Of a stretch of 64,000 bases of DNA, positions 40,401 to 50,984 are shown one piece after another (position 1 is the stretch's first letter; every line of letters starts with the position of its first letter). A model generated the notes under the pieces. The model was given only the letters and a program-made list of their open reading frames with translations, did not search any database and was not told the DNA's origin. This DNA is from Antedon mediterranea (taxonomy: Eukaryota > Animalia > Echinodermata). The DNA lies in assembly GCF_964355755.1 (NCBI RefSeq), contig NC_092673.1:15844948-15908947 (forward strand), in the 5' to 3' direction. Both the position numbers and the translations under genes were made by a program.

Positions 40401-43400
40401 GTGGAAACCGACAGCGCAACAGTGCTGCAAGCATTGCAGGTTTGATTTCATGCGGGTGGTCGCCAACACAATTATTGGAAGGGTATTTTTCTTACGTTGA
40501 GTAGGTTGCTTTATGTTGAATCGCTAGTGGGAACCTAACTTTAGTGTAAACACATGTCTTTTAATGAGAGTACAGAACATTTCATGGCAAGACTGTATAA
40601 AAAAGGCTGAAATCTACAATCAAATCCCTCCAATATCATCCTCAGTCTCTCAACGCAGAAATAGATTTGCAGATCACTACTATCGAGCAAAAGAGCAGGT
40701 CATCTCTGATATACTGTAATGAACGTCTTGGGGTAGAAGGCCAATGAATTACACTGACTGTGTTACAAGTGATGCCAACCCATTTATTGATGGCCTACTA
40801 AATCAAATGATGAACAAATCACTGTGGTGTGGCATTGTGAACTCCATCTTGGATGCGTCCTCTTGATGATGATGAGTTTAAACAATGCAAACCAATCAGG
40901 TCCTTTGGAATATACCTCACAAGAGTGCTTAACAAATGCGTTGTTGATTCTGTCTGCTATCAAATTTTACTTATTTATCTATTTTTACTTTGTATTTTGT
41001 TGTAGATTTTTGCTAATATCATAATGTGCATTGGACAAATAATGCGTCATCAAGATTGATAGTGTTAAATAAATATTAGAAAGCACAAACCTTGGTTACG
41101 ATCGTCTGTAATAAGGTGTTTATTTTGATAGGAAGGCAACTACTTGTCCGACAACCGCTGATATTCAATGCAAACTTTCCCAATGAAAGCATCTCTCGTC
41201 TTGCGTACCTGATTAAATAAAAAAACAAAGGTAGTTGCAATAGAACATTTTAGGAATGTATATTATTATTAATACTGTATTAAAAAGTAGCTTTTAATTG
41301 TTAAAAAATTAATAAAATGCAATTTATAGTGTATATGTATTTTTGCAATTGTCCCAGTGTATACACAAAAAAGCAAAAGAAATCATCTGAACTGAAAATA
41401 TTTTCTGTAGTATTTTTTTTTTCAACAATGCTTAATTATAACAATTGTAAAGGTTATGTTTCTGTTTGTTCTTAGGCTTATATGCAAAAGTATATTCACT
41501 TTCTTAGTAAAATTGTTAACCTAAAATGTGAACTTAGTTGACGTGCGAGTGTAGAATTTTAGTGAGTTTTTGACATCTGTATGTATTTGAACTGGAAAGC
41601 TTTATGGTTCAAGAAATTCATTTCCAATGAGACTTTTATCTTTTTACGCAAACATGTACATACACTTTTGAACCACATTCACAATTATATTATACACTTT
41701 CAGATGATATTAATGATAGTAAACAATTTTATTGTTTTCCAACTAATCGTCTCTAAAGATTTGTAATATCCTAATAGTTCTATAATGAGCATTTAATTTG
41801 TATTTAAGGTCAATCGATGATACAAAAGGTTAAATCAAAAGTTCACTACACAGCATTTACAGCCAGAGGATAAAATCAATTCATACATATTTAAACTGAT
41901 TTTGAAAATAGTCATACCATAGAAAAATGTTTATTTAACACTTTGACTGCGAAACGGAAAGATCTCCACAAATTACATTGGCATATTAACAAAAACTAAG
42001 TTAAATTACATTTCCATTTTTATCCCATTGTATAAATTGTGGGGGTGTTTAAAAAAAGAAACAATTTGTTGATGCAACTACTGTACATTATTTTTGTCAT
42101 GGAAATTGAACAGAAGGTTTTGTATTGTACATAATTGACAATGTGTTAATTTATTAAGACGATTTTACCATACTGTTTTACTTTCAATGTATTTACAGAC
42201 TGTACTGGCAGTACATTGACTGCCTGTTTATATGCGCTACATATGCACACAAAAAATTTAATAAGAAGATTATAAATAAAATTCATTATTTTTATAGTCA
42301 TTCTTGTTAACTAAAAAAAAAACTGCACAGACCAATGTATAAGCAGGTACTAGAATTTACATAACAGTCTGCAGAAGACACTGTGGTAATGCTATGTAGA
42401 ACCAAAATGATGAGTCGGCAATAATAGCAAGGAAAAAAAAAACATGTGGAGGCCATGAGTTGAAAAGGACCCCAGGTGATAATAAAAAGACCAAGAAAAT
42501 GAATAGCAAAGATTTGATGCCAATCAATGCTGTACTGATTCTAATATATTACCACTTAGGGACTACGTTACATGTTCACACACATTTTCGCTTTTGATAC
42601 ACGAGATATAAATCAAATGTGAAACGCCTCCTGCCAATGTAATGTTTCATCTCCACAAAAACTAATGCGATTCAAATCTAATTGTATTCTAGAGGGCAAC
42701 ACATATGATTGTTAGGCACAGCACATTTATATGTTATTATGTATACATTACATATAATTGACCCATCACAATTCTATACAGTTTAAAACACAACATACTT
42801 ATATAAATACATTTTTGGCCAATTACAATAGTACTAAAATTCGGAATACTTATTAAACAATGACTGTATTAAAAAAAACAAATAGAAAAACAATATTGCC
42901 ACAAATATGTATGTGTCTCTTGCAGGTGACAAACCAAAGACTGTAAAGGTTTTTTAAAAACATTTATAAGTGCAATTAGTGTACTGTAAAGCCCGTGGGC
43001 TTGTAGGTCTCTTGGATAGGCTTCTTTTCGAGATTATTTGTTGCTCAAATGCAATCAAAAAAAATATTTTGAACAGTTTTGGAAAACAATAAATTGTCAA
43101 TATATGTATATATGTATATATAAATCCAAAGGCAAATTACTGAAAAAATGACAATGCTGTGGGTATCAGTGGCTGGATCTCAATGGAGATACAAAAAAAA
43201 AAAGCGAAAAGCTAAATCAAAACGATCAGCTAGAAAAGTTAGCAGAGCTTTCGGGCAAGTGATATATGTATATATAGATATAAACTCATTTTACATCGTT
43301 AGTTTGCACCACAAGTATCTGGCATTCAATCAGCCAATCATCATTCAATTTTTCAAGATTACTTTGGCAAACCAAAGAGGGGCTTCTTTTCAGTTTTTGC

Positions 43401-46400
43401 AAATAATGGCAATTTAGTCATTCCCTTTTTGTCATACTTACACGTTAGACAGAAGATGAAGTAAGAGATATTCTCCAGCTAATTCATCACCTCCCAAAAC
43501 ATCCGCAAACATGGAACACAGATTACTTCTGACCACCTCTGAATGGGCTTTCATTGTTTCTAAAACTATCAACGAGAAATAAATGTACTTGTGGTTAATA
43601 CATACATACAGTTGTTTCATCACGTTTATATTATACAAACTTATGATGGTTATCTATAGGCTAAAGTTAACTTAAGTGTTTTTTTGGCGTTTAGGAAACC
43701 GATATACCAAAACCAGAACAAAACCGAAACTGCATTTATCAGCAATAAATTTATTAAACAAGGCAAAAGGGCAAAAAGGAAAAAGCGCAATTCCATTCTA
43801 TCATCGTATGCGTTTGAGTCTCAGCCTTCCCGGAACTGTTGCCTCCTATCCTAGTAAAAGCATTAGAAAAGAGCAGATATGAACAAAACCAATGATTAAA
43901 AGATAAATGCCTAATCAAGCTTATTGCCTCTAAATCCCAAATTTGTATTATGAAACATAATTATATTGAGATATAACTTTTAGCTTAAAACAACAGTGTT
44001 CTTAAATTTAAAACACACATTGAAAACACGTTTTGGTTAATAATACAAACATGGACATTCCCAATTTATTTATTACAATGTCACTAACTGTAGTTGACAA
44101 TCAACCAAAATAGGCTGGATAATAAGCAGGTTTGTAACAATGAGTTTGGTTACACTGTAAAATATGTCAAAATATTCAATAGTCTTAATTTACTAAAGAA
44201 ATCAAAGGTAATAAGTAGAAAATGTTTGTTTACATACAGTAGTGTACAAAAGTCCAACACAAGCGAGTGGCCGAGCGGAAAGACAGTGGAACCGTAATTA
44301 CGTAGCCATAACATCATAAGGAACCTACAAACCATAGGTCCAGTGTACACATCTAGCTCATCCACTTTAAAGAACCTAGTACATCTTTTGAGATGAGTAG
44401 AGGGTTACTCCAATGTACTAGCACACACAGCCACAGTCACACGCATTGTGACCCAATTTAATTTAATGTTCCTGGTCGTATTTGTTCGAGGAATTTATTT
44501 ATGTACCTTTTGGGTGAGTAGAGAGGCTTATTTCAAAGTAGATCTTAATTTTAATACTTTGAATGTTTATAATATTGATATATTTTTTAATAGTTTATCC
44601 ATTTTTAAATCTAAAATTGTAAAAGTTATTTCAATGTTTATTGTATTGTGGTAGAGAATTTGATTTTGGAAGAATTGAGTGCAACCTATGCAACTGGATT
44701 TGCACAAGTAAAGATACCAGATTAGAAAGTCCACAGCAAAACCAAATAAATTACGGTGGATAATTGTGCTTTACCTGATGTAGCAGCCAAGTTAGAAGGG
44801 AGAAGAGGGTTTGAATGTGCAAGTTTATTGGCGATGAGTACATGTAATCTTGGTACCAGAGATGGAGGAGGTGAATGAACTCTTTGCTCTTCAGTTACCA
44901 TACTGTCTTCTCCACCAAATGAGGAACTATAATAAAACAAAATATTCATAAACTATAAATAGAAGTAAATAGAATCTGTTAATTATGCACTGCCGACCAT
45001 TAGGGATACATCAAGCTTGCGTTTGGCTCCCTTGATTTATTCTAAGTAAATGAATTTAATATTAAGGTGTATTAAGGGCATAAACCTATTTAGCTACTAC
45101 TTTATAAATGTAAATTTTGACTTAAATACATAAATGAAGTGTCATGATTAATTGAATGAATGATTTATAAATGAAGGAAAGAAATCAATGGTGTGGTGTT
45201 ACTTACAGAGACAAATAAATCTATAACTAGAACTATCTATATGAAAATTATGTTAGTTTCTCAGATAGTTTGGAAATGCTGTTTTAAATAATGTCAAGAA
45301 CTGTACATAGAAAATCAGAAAGAAAGAAAACTTCACACAAACATGTTCTCCTTCACTAATACACAATCAACACTAATTATGTGTATAAGTATTTTTGTTA
45401 CTAATTATGTGGCCTCTTCAATATGCGATAAAGTCATAACCATAATCACACATAGTCACTAACCGTTTATCCAGATACAAAATGTCAAGGTCAGGGCATG
45501 GAGCTATAAAATTAGATGTCCGTTCATATGCACATTCTAGATCCACATACCATGGAGCTATTATAGCTCAATGCACATACTAACAAAAACTGACTTCATT
45601 TTACATGAAGATACTTATATTGAAGCGAACCTGTGTGTAGGCCATACGGCGTTAAAAGACTGGTTCTTGTCAGATCACCAAAGTTAAGCAATGTTGGGCC
45701 AGGTCGCATTCTGGATGGGAGCTGTATATACCAGACACTAACAGTGATGGTGTTAATAATATCAGACTAGCATGTAATAGGCATTGGTTCAAGCCTGTAC
45801 CATACTAACTGTATCCTTAGGCAAGATTTACTTTCATTTCCTTATCCTTCGGATGGGACATAAAGCCGTTGGTCCCGTGTACTTAACAGTGTACGTTAAA
45901 GAACTTGGTACACTCCTGGTGTGCTGATCTGGTCTGCACTGCTGGCTGCCATGGGTCCGTGGAGGGCCTAATCCAAATTTCCTCAGTTTCCAGTTAAGTT
46001 TGAGGGAAAATATTAATACCTTTAACGGTTAGCTCCTGATCTGGATTAAAGTCCGCTAGTGTGAACCAGGCCAGGGGTTTTGATTGAACTCTTTTTAGAG
46101 TCTAGCAGCAGCTGAAGTGATGATAAATAGGCCTTAATAGCCTGGTTCATGATATGTTTAAATCGCCTTTTGTAAAAACCCTAATATATTAAAGTCATCA
46201 ATATAACACAGAATTTGAGCTCTGCAATTACAAGTTGTAATTGCAGAATTAAATAATTAAAAGTCATGAATTGTAATCACACTTACATCTCTCCTGAGTT
46301 ATTATCACTGAGTGCTGGGTCAACTGATAATATTCCTACAAACTCTATCCCATCATTCACTTTAAATCCCTCAAAATTGTCATAAATCTGAAAAGAAAAA

Positions 46401-49400
46401 AAAAGAATATATGTGAAAGTATTATTTGGAAATTGTCTATAACAATCATTAACACAAATATTATAGATTAGATAAGCCAAGAAACTCATATTGCATTTTA
46501 AATGTGTGGTGCAATGATGTAGTTGTTATCAATAAATCAAAAAGTAATCATCTAATGGTACTAAAACTGTATGCGGAAATTACAAATTTGAAATTTAAAC
46601 TTATGCAGTGGATGAATAAAATAATTTTAAATTAATAAACATTATCAGATTGAGTATTCTATTTGTCTCCATTTTGTATTTTATAAGGACGTACTTATTT
46701 CTTATAAAACCAGGGCAAACTTTGAGTTTAAATAAAGAGCAAAGAAAGTTATACAGTAATACATTTTAATTACTCCATTTATATAGATTAGAAATACTGT
46801 TTATTTGCCTGCTCCTGTATGTTCCGTAAAACATTTTTTATTGAGGGCGCTTTTGATAAAGGAACAGGATTCCATATGTACAGTGTTGAAACAATTTTAA
46901 TTTCATTTTAGTAGTTTTTTTCATTAATAGTTTTATACTGTTAACAGCTGGTTTTAGAATAGGCCTCTCATAACAGTGCAAGTAAATGTACAGCTTAATA
47001 TTTTATATGATATACAGATGATGCTCTTATAAATGAAATTACAATTTTTTTATAGTTAATTTTTCACAAGAGAGAGTAATAATTCATTGCCATATTTTAT
47101 GCCTTTTAAGTTGTGGAAAAAAAAATCATTTCATTTGTTCCATATATATAAAGTGAATGCAATAACAAGTTAAATATACTTTAACAAGACAAGCTGGGCC
47201 AGTTTCATCTGCAAGTGGAAAATTAAGATCTTGAATGTGGCCAGTTATTCCTTTCATTTCATCTCCTTTTTCTTCATCTTTCTTTGCTTTTTTCTCATCA
47301 TTAGCATCTCCGGCTGCTGACTCATCTTCCATGGGCACGGCTGGACTAGCTTTTGTTGAAAGATCAAGACCACAACCAGACGACATGGTTAGTTGGTCCT
47401 CGTCAAGTCTTCTCTTGGGTCGAGAGTTATGACAAGTAGTGGACTGCTTACATTTGCTTTGATCCGCATAAATCTGTCAGTTTTTCATTAAGAAAAACAA
47501 CAATTTTATTTTTCTTTTTGTATCCATAAAAGAAACATTCTTAATTATTATTTTACAAAGGCAATGTTTTAAAATTTAAACTGTTAAAGGTCATCTTGAT
47601 GGCAGAGAGTACTGTACTGTGTATTTTAAACTTGAAAATTAAGACTAAAAAGTATTTTAAGTAAATTTTCTTTTGGATGATCCAAAAGAAAATTTACTTA
47701 AAATACTATACAGTGATCCAGATGAACCTTTTTACTAATAAGACTAAAAAGGTTCCCACCAGGACACAACACAAGCGCAATGTAGTTTGACTCACTACGA
47801 CATGATGGATCAACTTACAATGTTTTGTGATTGGTCAACTTGTGCCTACATCATTTTGTGAGAACCAGTCTATACATATAGTGGATACTAACCGGGCAGT
47901 TTTACTTACTTATCAGCCAAAGCTAAGGTTTGGGCTATTCTGAAAAATATTTTTGTAATGGCCTCTTTAAAGATTTATTGTCCCTCTGAAAAAAAAGTTT
48001 TTGTTGAATATGCCATTTTAATGTCACTAATAATAGTTATTCACTTTGACCAAAAATTGGATGTGATTGACATTATTAAAACTGCGAAATGGTCTATTCA
48101 ATGTCTTTTTAAGTTAATCTCCATTTTTCATGTTTTTGGGGGACAATATATCTTTAAATCAAAATGTCATTAGAATAAAGTAGTGATTTTTTTCTCTTCA
48201 AATTTAATTTCATTGAGTGCTTTTTTTCTTCAATTTTAAAATAAATTGTAGTATCTCAATAAAATGTCAGCTGACGGTTAAAAAGTAATAACATTATTGT
48301 GATGATTAATTTGAAAATGCTGTCGCTCACAGCTAGGAAGCCAACTACAAAACTGTTCATAATAACTGACAACCGTGAAAAGTAAAGAACAATATACCAA
48401 AAAAAGAAGGATACATCTTTGACCCATTGATTTTCACCGGGTAGAGGTACACAATAAAGCGTCTGCCGATCCATCGGCACTGTGGTGGCAGCATTCATGT
48501 CGATATGCTGATGTGTAGAGCATTCTGCTATATCTCTGTACATTCCACATTTTATTTCCTGTATAAAAAAAATACAAAAATCTGTTTTTATTATCTTTTT
48601 TTTATTATATAGTTTTTAAACTATTTATTTGTACATGTGTTTAATATTGTTATCAGTGACTAGTAAGGTAAATTTCAAGAGTTTGATCAAACCAGTTATG
48701 TAGGGGAATTAATAAAATATACAGCCATACTTGCAGTAGCAGTACCTAGTAGAAGATAGAGGAGCATGGAGCTGTACGCCTCTGGTCTGTAATTTATGTA
48801 TTGGAAAGCGAGTTGGTAAAAGTACCTAGTAGAAGATAGATGCGGCAAATCTTTGTACCCTCAAATTCTAATGCGTATTCTTACCTTTTGACCAGAAGTT
48901 TTGTCTATGATTTCATAAGCTCCGATGTAGAACTCTGGATCAAACATATCTTGAATCATACAGCGAAAACGAACCAGCACATTTGTTTTGAGATCGTGTA
49001 GTGGTACATCGTTCAATGAAGGTATCTATATAATCATAAGACATTTTAAGATGTGGATGCACTTTGCTTGATAGAAGGATTGTGCATAGGTGCATTAAAT
49101 TGGCACCCATCTCTACCTCCCCACCCCCTTTTATAAATTTTAAAAAATAACTTGTAAAAGATAGAACATCAGGTTTAAATTCAGCACATCATTTTAAAAG
49201 GTTTAGGCCTTTGGCATCCTATTTCAAAATTCTGTGTGTGTGTGTGTTTATTATATATGGCCCTGTTAAACTGTGAGCAAACAAAAAACAAACTCATTTT
49301 AACAAGTTTTATTTAATATTTGAAATAAAATATAGCAACTGATTTGGGTTAATTTGATGTGGAATTCATTGATGAGTTTTACTTACCGCACTGGGGTAAA

Positions 49401-50136
49401 TCTTACTTTGTTACTTAAGCCTGCGTCTGGGGTTTGACCTTGGTTACACAAGTCAGGAGTATTAAGATTTTGTCTCGCTCATGCTATGATTAATTAATGA
49501 AGACTTACCCAAAGCAGAGAATCGGGATTCTCTAAACGCTGTCCAAATGTCTTTGATACCCTGTTTGTCATTGTATTCAAATCATTATCTTCCGCTGTAA
49601 TAATAAAAAATAAGCATAAAAGCATGAATGAGCTAGCTATAATATGTCTTAAATAATAATATTTTTAGTAGGCCGAGTAGAATCATTATGTCGTTCCCAT
49701 TTGGCCTACTTTGCCATCGGGGAGGAAGAGAACAATATTATCATTATTTTACTAGCCTACTGTAGCTGGCTAGGTAGGCTCTAGCTAGAGGGCCTACGTA
49801 CTACTACTATTTAGGCCTAGTAATAATAGGGCTAGGCCTCCAGCTCTATACTACTACTAGCCTAGCTAGGCCTAGTAGTAGGCTACTACTAGGCTAGCTA
49901 CTACTAGTACTCCAGGCTAGCTAGAGTAGGCTAGGTCTAACCCAGCCAGGCCTATCCTACTAGAGGCCTAGTAGTAGGCCTTTTACTTAGCCTAGCTAGG
50001 CCTAGAGCTAGTAGTAGGCCAAGCCTATCATAAGTACCCCTAGCTAGGCCTAAAGTTCATATAAAGGTTAATTCCTACCGAATAAATTTTGGACAGTTGA
50101 TAATGGATTACTTTGCCAATCAGTAATCCCAGGCAT
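28377..50136 (-). CDS. MCMBP: Mini-chromosome maintenance complex-binding protein, 14 coding exons, 624 aa
   Basis: Exons 50079-50136, 49509-49594, 48885-49025, 48415-48558, 47180-47473, 46287-46387, 44775-44926, 43442-43565, 41091-41208, 34687-34852, 33798-33931, 30978-31142, 29506-29594, 28377-28479. All introns GT-AG, phases consistent, total 1875 nt. Motifs [72 protein letters not shown] match MCMBP. Confidence 0.95.
28833..29363. mobile_element. TTAA-flanked non-autonomous DNA transposon (Kolobok-like)
   Basis: TTAA|AGATGTATTGTCCCT...AGGGACAATACATCT|TTAA. Confidence 0.85.
29506..29594 (-). CDS. MCMBP: MCMBP coding exon 13
   Basis: [30 protein letters not shown]. Confidence 0.93.
29788..30175. 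mobile_element. TA-flanked MITE with TAGGG...CCCTA ends
   Basis: Imperfect TIRs; interior homologous to 56723-57982. Confidence 0.7.
30505..30800 (-). mobile_element. 3' fragment of an L2-like LINE with an (AAAAT)n tail
   Basis: [25 protein letters not shown] resembles the L2 ORF2 C-terminus; (tttta)n at 30505-30556. Confidence 0.6.
30978..31142 (-). CDS. MCMBP: MCMBP coding exon 12
   Basis: SDCHIKL...[24 protein letters not shown]. Confidence 0.92.
32777..33115. mobile_element. Kolobok-like MITE, same family
   Basis: TTAA|AGATGTATTGTCCCC...GGGGACAATACATCT|TTAA. Confidence 0.85.
33798..33931 (-). CDS. MCMBP: MCMBP coding exon 11
   Basis: [23 protein letters not shown]...[11 protein letters not shown]. 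Confidence 0.95.
34687..34852 (-). CDS. MCMBP: MCMBP coding exon 10
   Basis: [34 protein letters not shown]...[14 protein letters not shown]. Confidence 0.95.
35005..35525. repeat. Two-copy tandem duplication of about 267 bp
   Basis: tgtagagtagg...aattcaactgagaca...aaactgcatttt repeated. Confidence 0.85.
36275..39030. repeat. 55-56-bp minisatellite, about 50 near-identical copies, in MCMBP intron 9
   Basis: Unit ggtgtcccttaatagaggttctactgtagccataaacagaagagccaataagaaa; period 55 between 36431 and 36486. Confidence 0.97.
39553..40120. mobile_element. Possible non-autonomous DNA element with CCC...GGG ends and internal repeats
   Basis: cccctaataagtagattt...aaatctactaat...atggg; internal duplication of about 145 bp. 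Confidence 0.4.
40348..40540. mobile_element. Family A-related MITE
   Basis: agtgtggtccccaatagcgacgcaacgca...gctagtgggaacctaact with tta flanks; interior similar to 55124-55336. Confidence 0.75.
41091..41208 (-). CDS. MCMBP: MCMBP coding exon 9
   Basis: [19 protein letters not shown]...LLQTIVTK. Confidence 0.93.
43442..43565 (-). CDS. MCMBP: MCMBP coding exon 8
   Basis: [30 protein letters not shown]. Confidence 0.93.
44258..44476 (+). mobile_element. tRNA-derived SINE, internally deleted
   Basis: A-box-like gagtggccgagcgg; core cactttaaagaacctagtac...gagtagaggg; homologous to 55893-56254 on the other strand. Confidence 0.65.
44775..44926 (-). CDS. MCMBP: MCMBP coding exon 7
   Basis: [32 protein letters not shown]. 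Confidence 0.93.
45637..45935 (+). mobile_element. Second copy of the 5S-derived SINE
   Basis: ggccatacggcgtt...gatcaccaaagttaagc...ggatggga, then ccttcggatgggacataaagccgttggtcccgtg...gttaaagaac. Confidence 0.78.
46287..46387 (-). CDS. MCMBP: MCMBP coding exon 6
   Basis: [27 protein letters not shown]. Confidence 0.93.
47180..47473 (-). CDS. MCMBP: MCMBP coding exon 5
   Basis: IYADQSKC...RPKRRLDED...[17 protein letters not shown]. Confidence 0.9.
47474..48414 (-). other. U12-type (minor spliceosome) GT-AG intron, MCMBP intron 4
   Basis: 5' site GTATCCTT; branch-like TTTCTTAAT followed by gaaaaactgacAG; no polypyrimidine tract. Confidence 0.85.
47971..48153. mobile_element. Kolobok-like MITE, deleted copy, inside the U12 intron
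   Basis: TTAA|AGATTTATTGTCCC...GGGACAATATATCT|TTAA; more decayed copies near 974, 6870-7000 and 14050. Confidence 0.8.
48415..48558 (-). CDS. MCMBP: MCMBP coding exon 4
   Basis: [13 protein letters not shown]...[19 protein letters not shown], donor GTATCCTT. Confidence 0.93.
48885..49025 (-). CDS. MCMBP: MCMBP coding exon 3
   Basis: [38 protein letters not shown]. Confidence 0.95.
49509..49594 (-). CDS. MCMBP: MCMBP coding exon 2
   Basis: ttacag acceptor, [34 protein letters not shown] donor; phase fits. Confidence 0.85.
49740..50052. repeat. TAGGCCTA/CTAG/TAG low-complexity tract in MCMBP intron 1
   Basis: Dense mix of taggccta, ctagctag, tagtag. Confidence 0.85.
50079..50136 (-). CDS. 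MCMBP: MCMBP coding exon 1
   Basis: [22 protein letters not shown], donor G|GTAGG. Confidence 0.9.
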
Positions 50137-50863
50137 TTTAAAAGTTTAACGTAATATTGTTTTATTTTTTATTTAATATGAGTAGGTACGCTCTATCGTC
50201 AACTCCCCAACAACTCTGTTCGGAGCACTGGAAAGTTGTTGGCGCGAAAATATTCACATGTTTGTTGTTGAATTGTACGTCCCTTTAAATTACACACCTG
50301 ACTGATTTTAAAACAGTATTATATGTGTCGTAAATACAATTAACTATAATAGTCGTAAAAATTATTCTTAACGCTATAATAAATTTAAAGTATATATTTA
50401 TAATAATAAAATGAACGGTTTATTTTTACTTGATTTATAATTTTGGAGTTATAATATATATACTATACTTATGATGTACAGGAGTGCAGGTTCGTTCATT
50501 ATTTTAGAGGTAAACTACAAGGCCTAAGACGTTTGCAAGTTGGTATAAGTAAGCTTTTGATTATTTATAAATACTTTATTTTAATAAATACATTTTTAAG
50601 TATTGCTTTTATTCTTATGATTATTACATAGCCTAGTTGTACAAACACGTAAATGGTATAACCATAAGCCTAGTTCTTTAATTGGAAAATGGTACGTCTG
50701 TATTTTGACATGACGTGTCCCATGTTGTTAAAATAATAGGAGTACCGACGGGGAGAGAGGAAGGGATTTTGTCGTCGCGGAAAGTAACACAATTTCAAGC
50801 TACAATACAATCATTATCCTTTGCCACAAAATATATAGATAATAGGATAACAAACTAGATGCA
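50137..50863. promoter_or_regulatory. Bidirectional promoter/5'UTR region shared by MCMBP and SEC23IP
   Basis: Divergent ATGs 727 bp apart; E2F motif TTGGCGCGAAAA at 50239-50250; TGACGTG at 50711; CGCGGAAA near 50776. Confidence 0.75.
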
Positions 50864-50984
50864 ATGAATGATCAAAAGGACAACACTCCACCACTACTTC
50901 TTTTCCCTGCGAGTAACAATACTTCCCTAGGCCCAGATGCTTTGAGACCGGTACCGGCCACCGCCTCTCTTTTCCCCGCACCAG
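50864..50984 (+). CDS. SEC23IP: SEC23IP coding exon 1
   Basis: [15 protein letters not shown]...ASLFPAP, donor G|GTTAGT; phase matches exon 2. Confidence 0.8.

Noticed and set aside
46388-47179. MCMBP intron 5 donor GTATATTT as a second U12 intron
   Set aside because: Lacks CC at +5/+6 and the acceptor has a normal pyrimidine tract; a past U12-to-U2 conversion cannot be shown without orthologs
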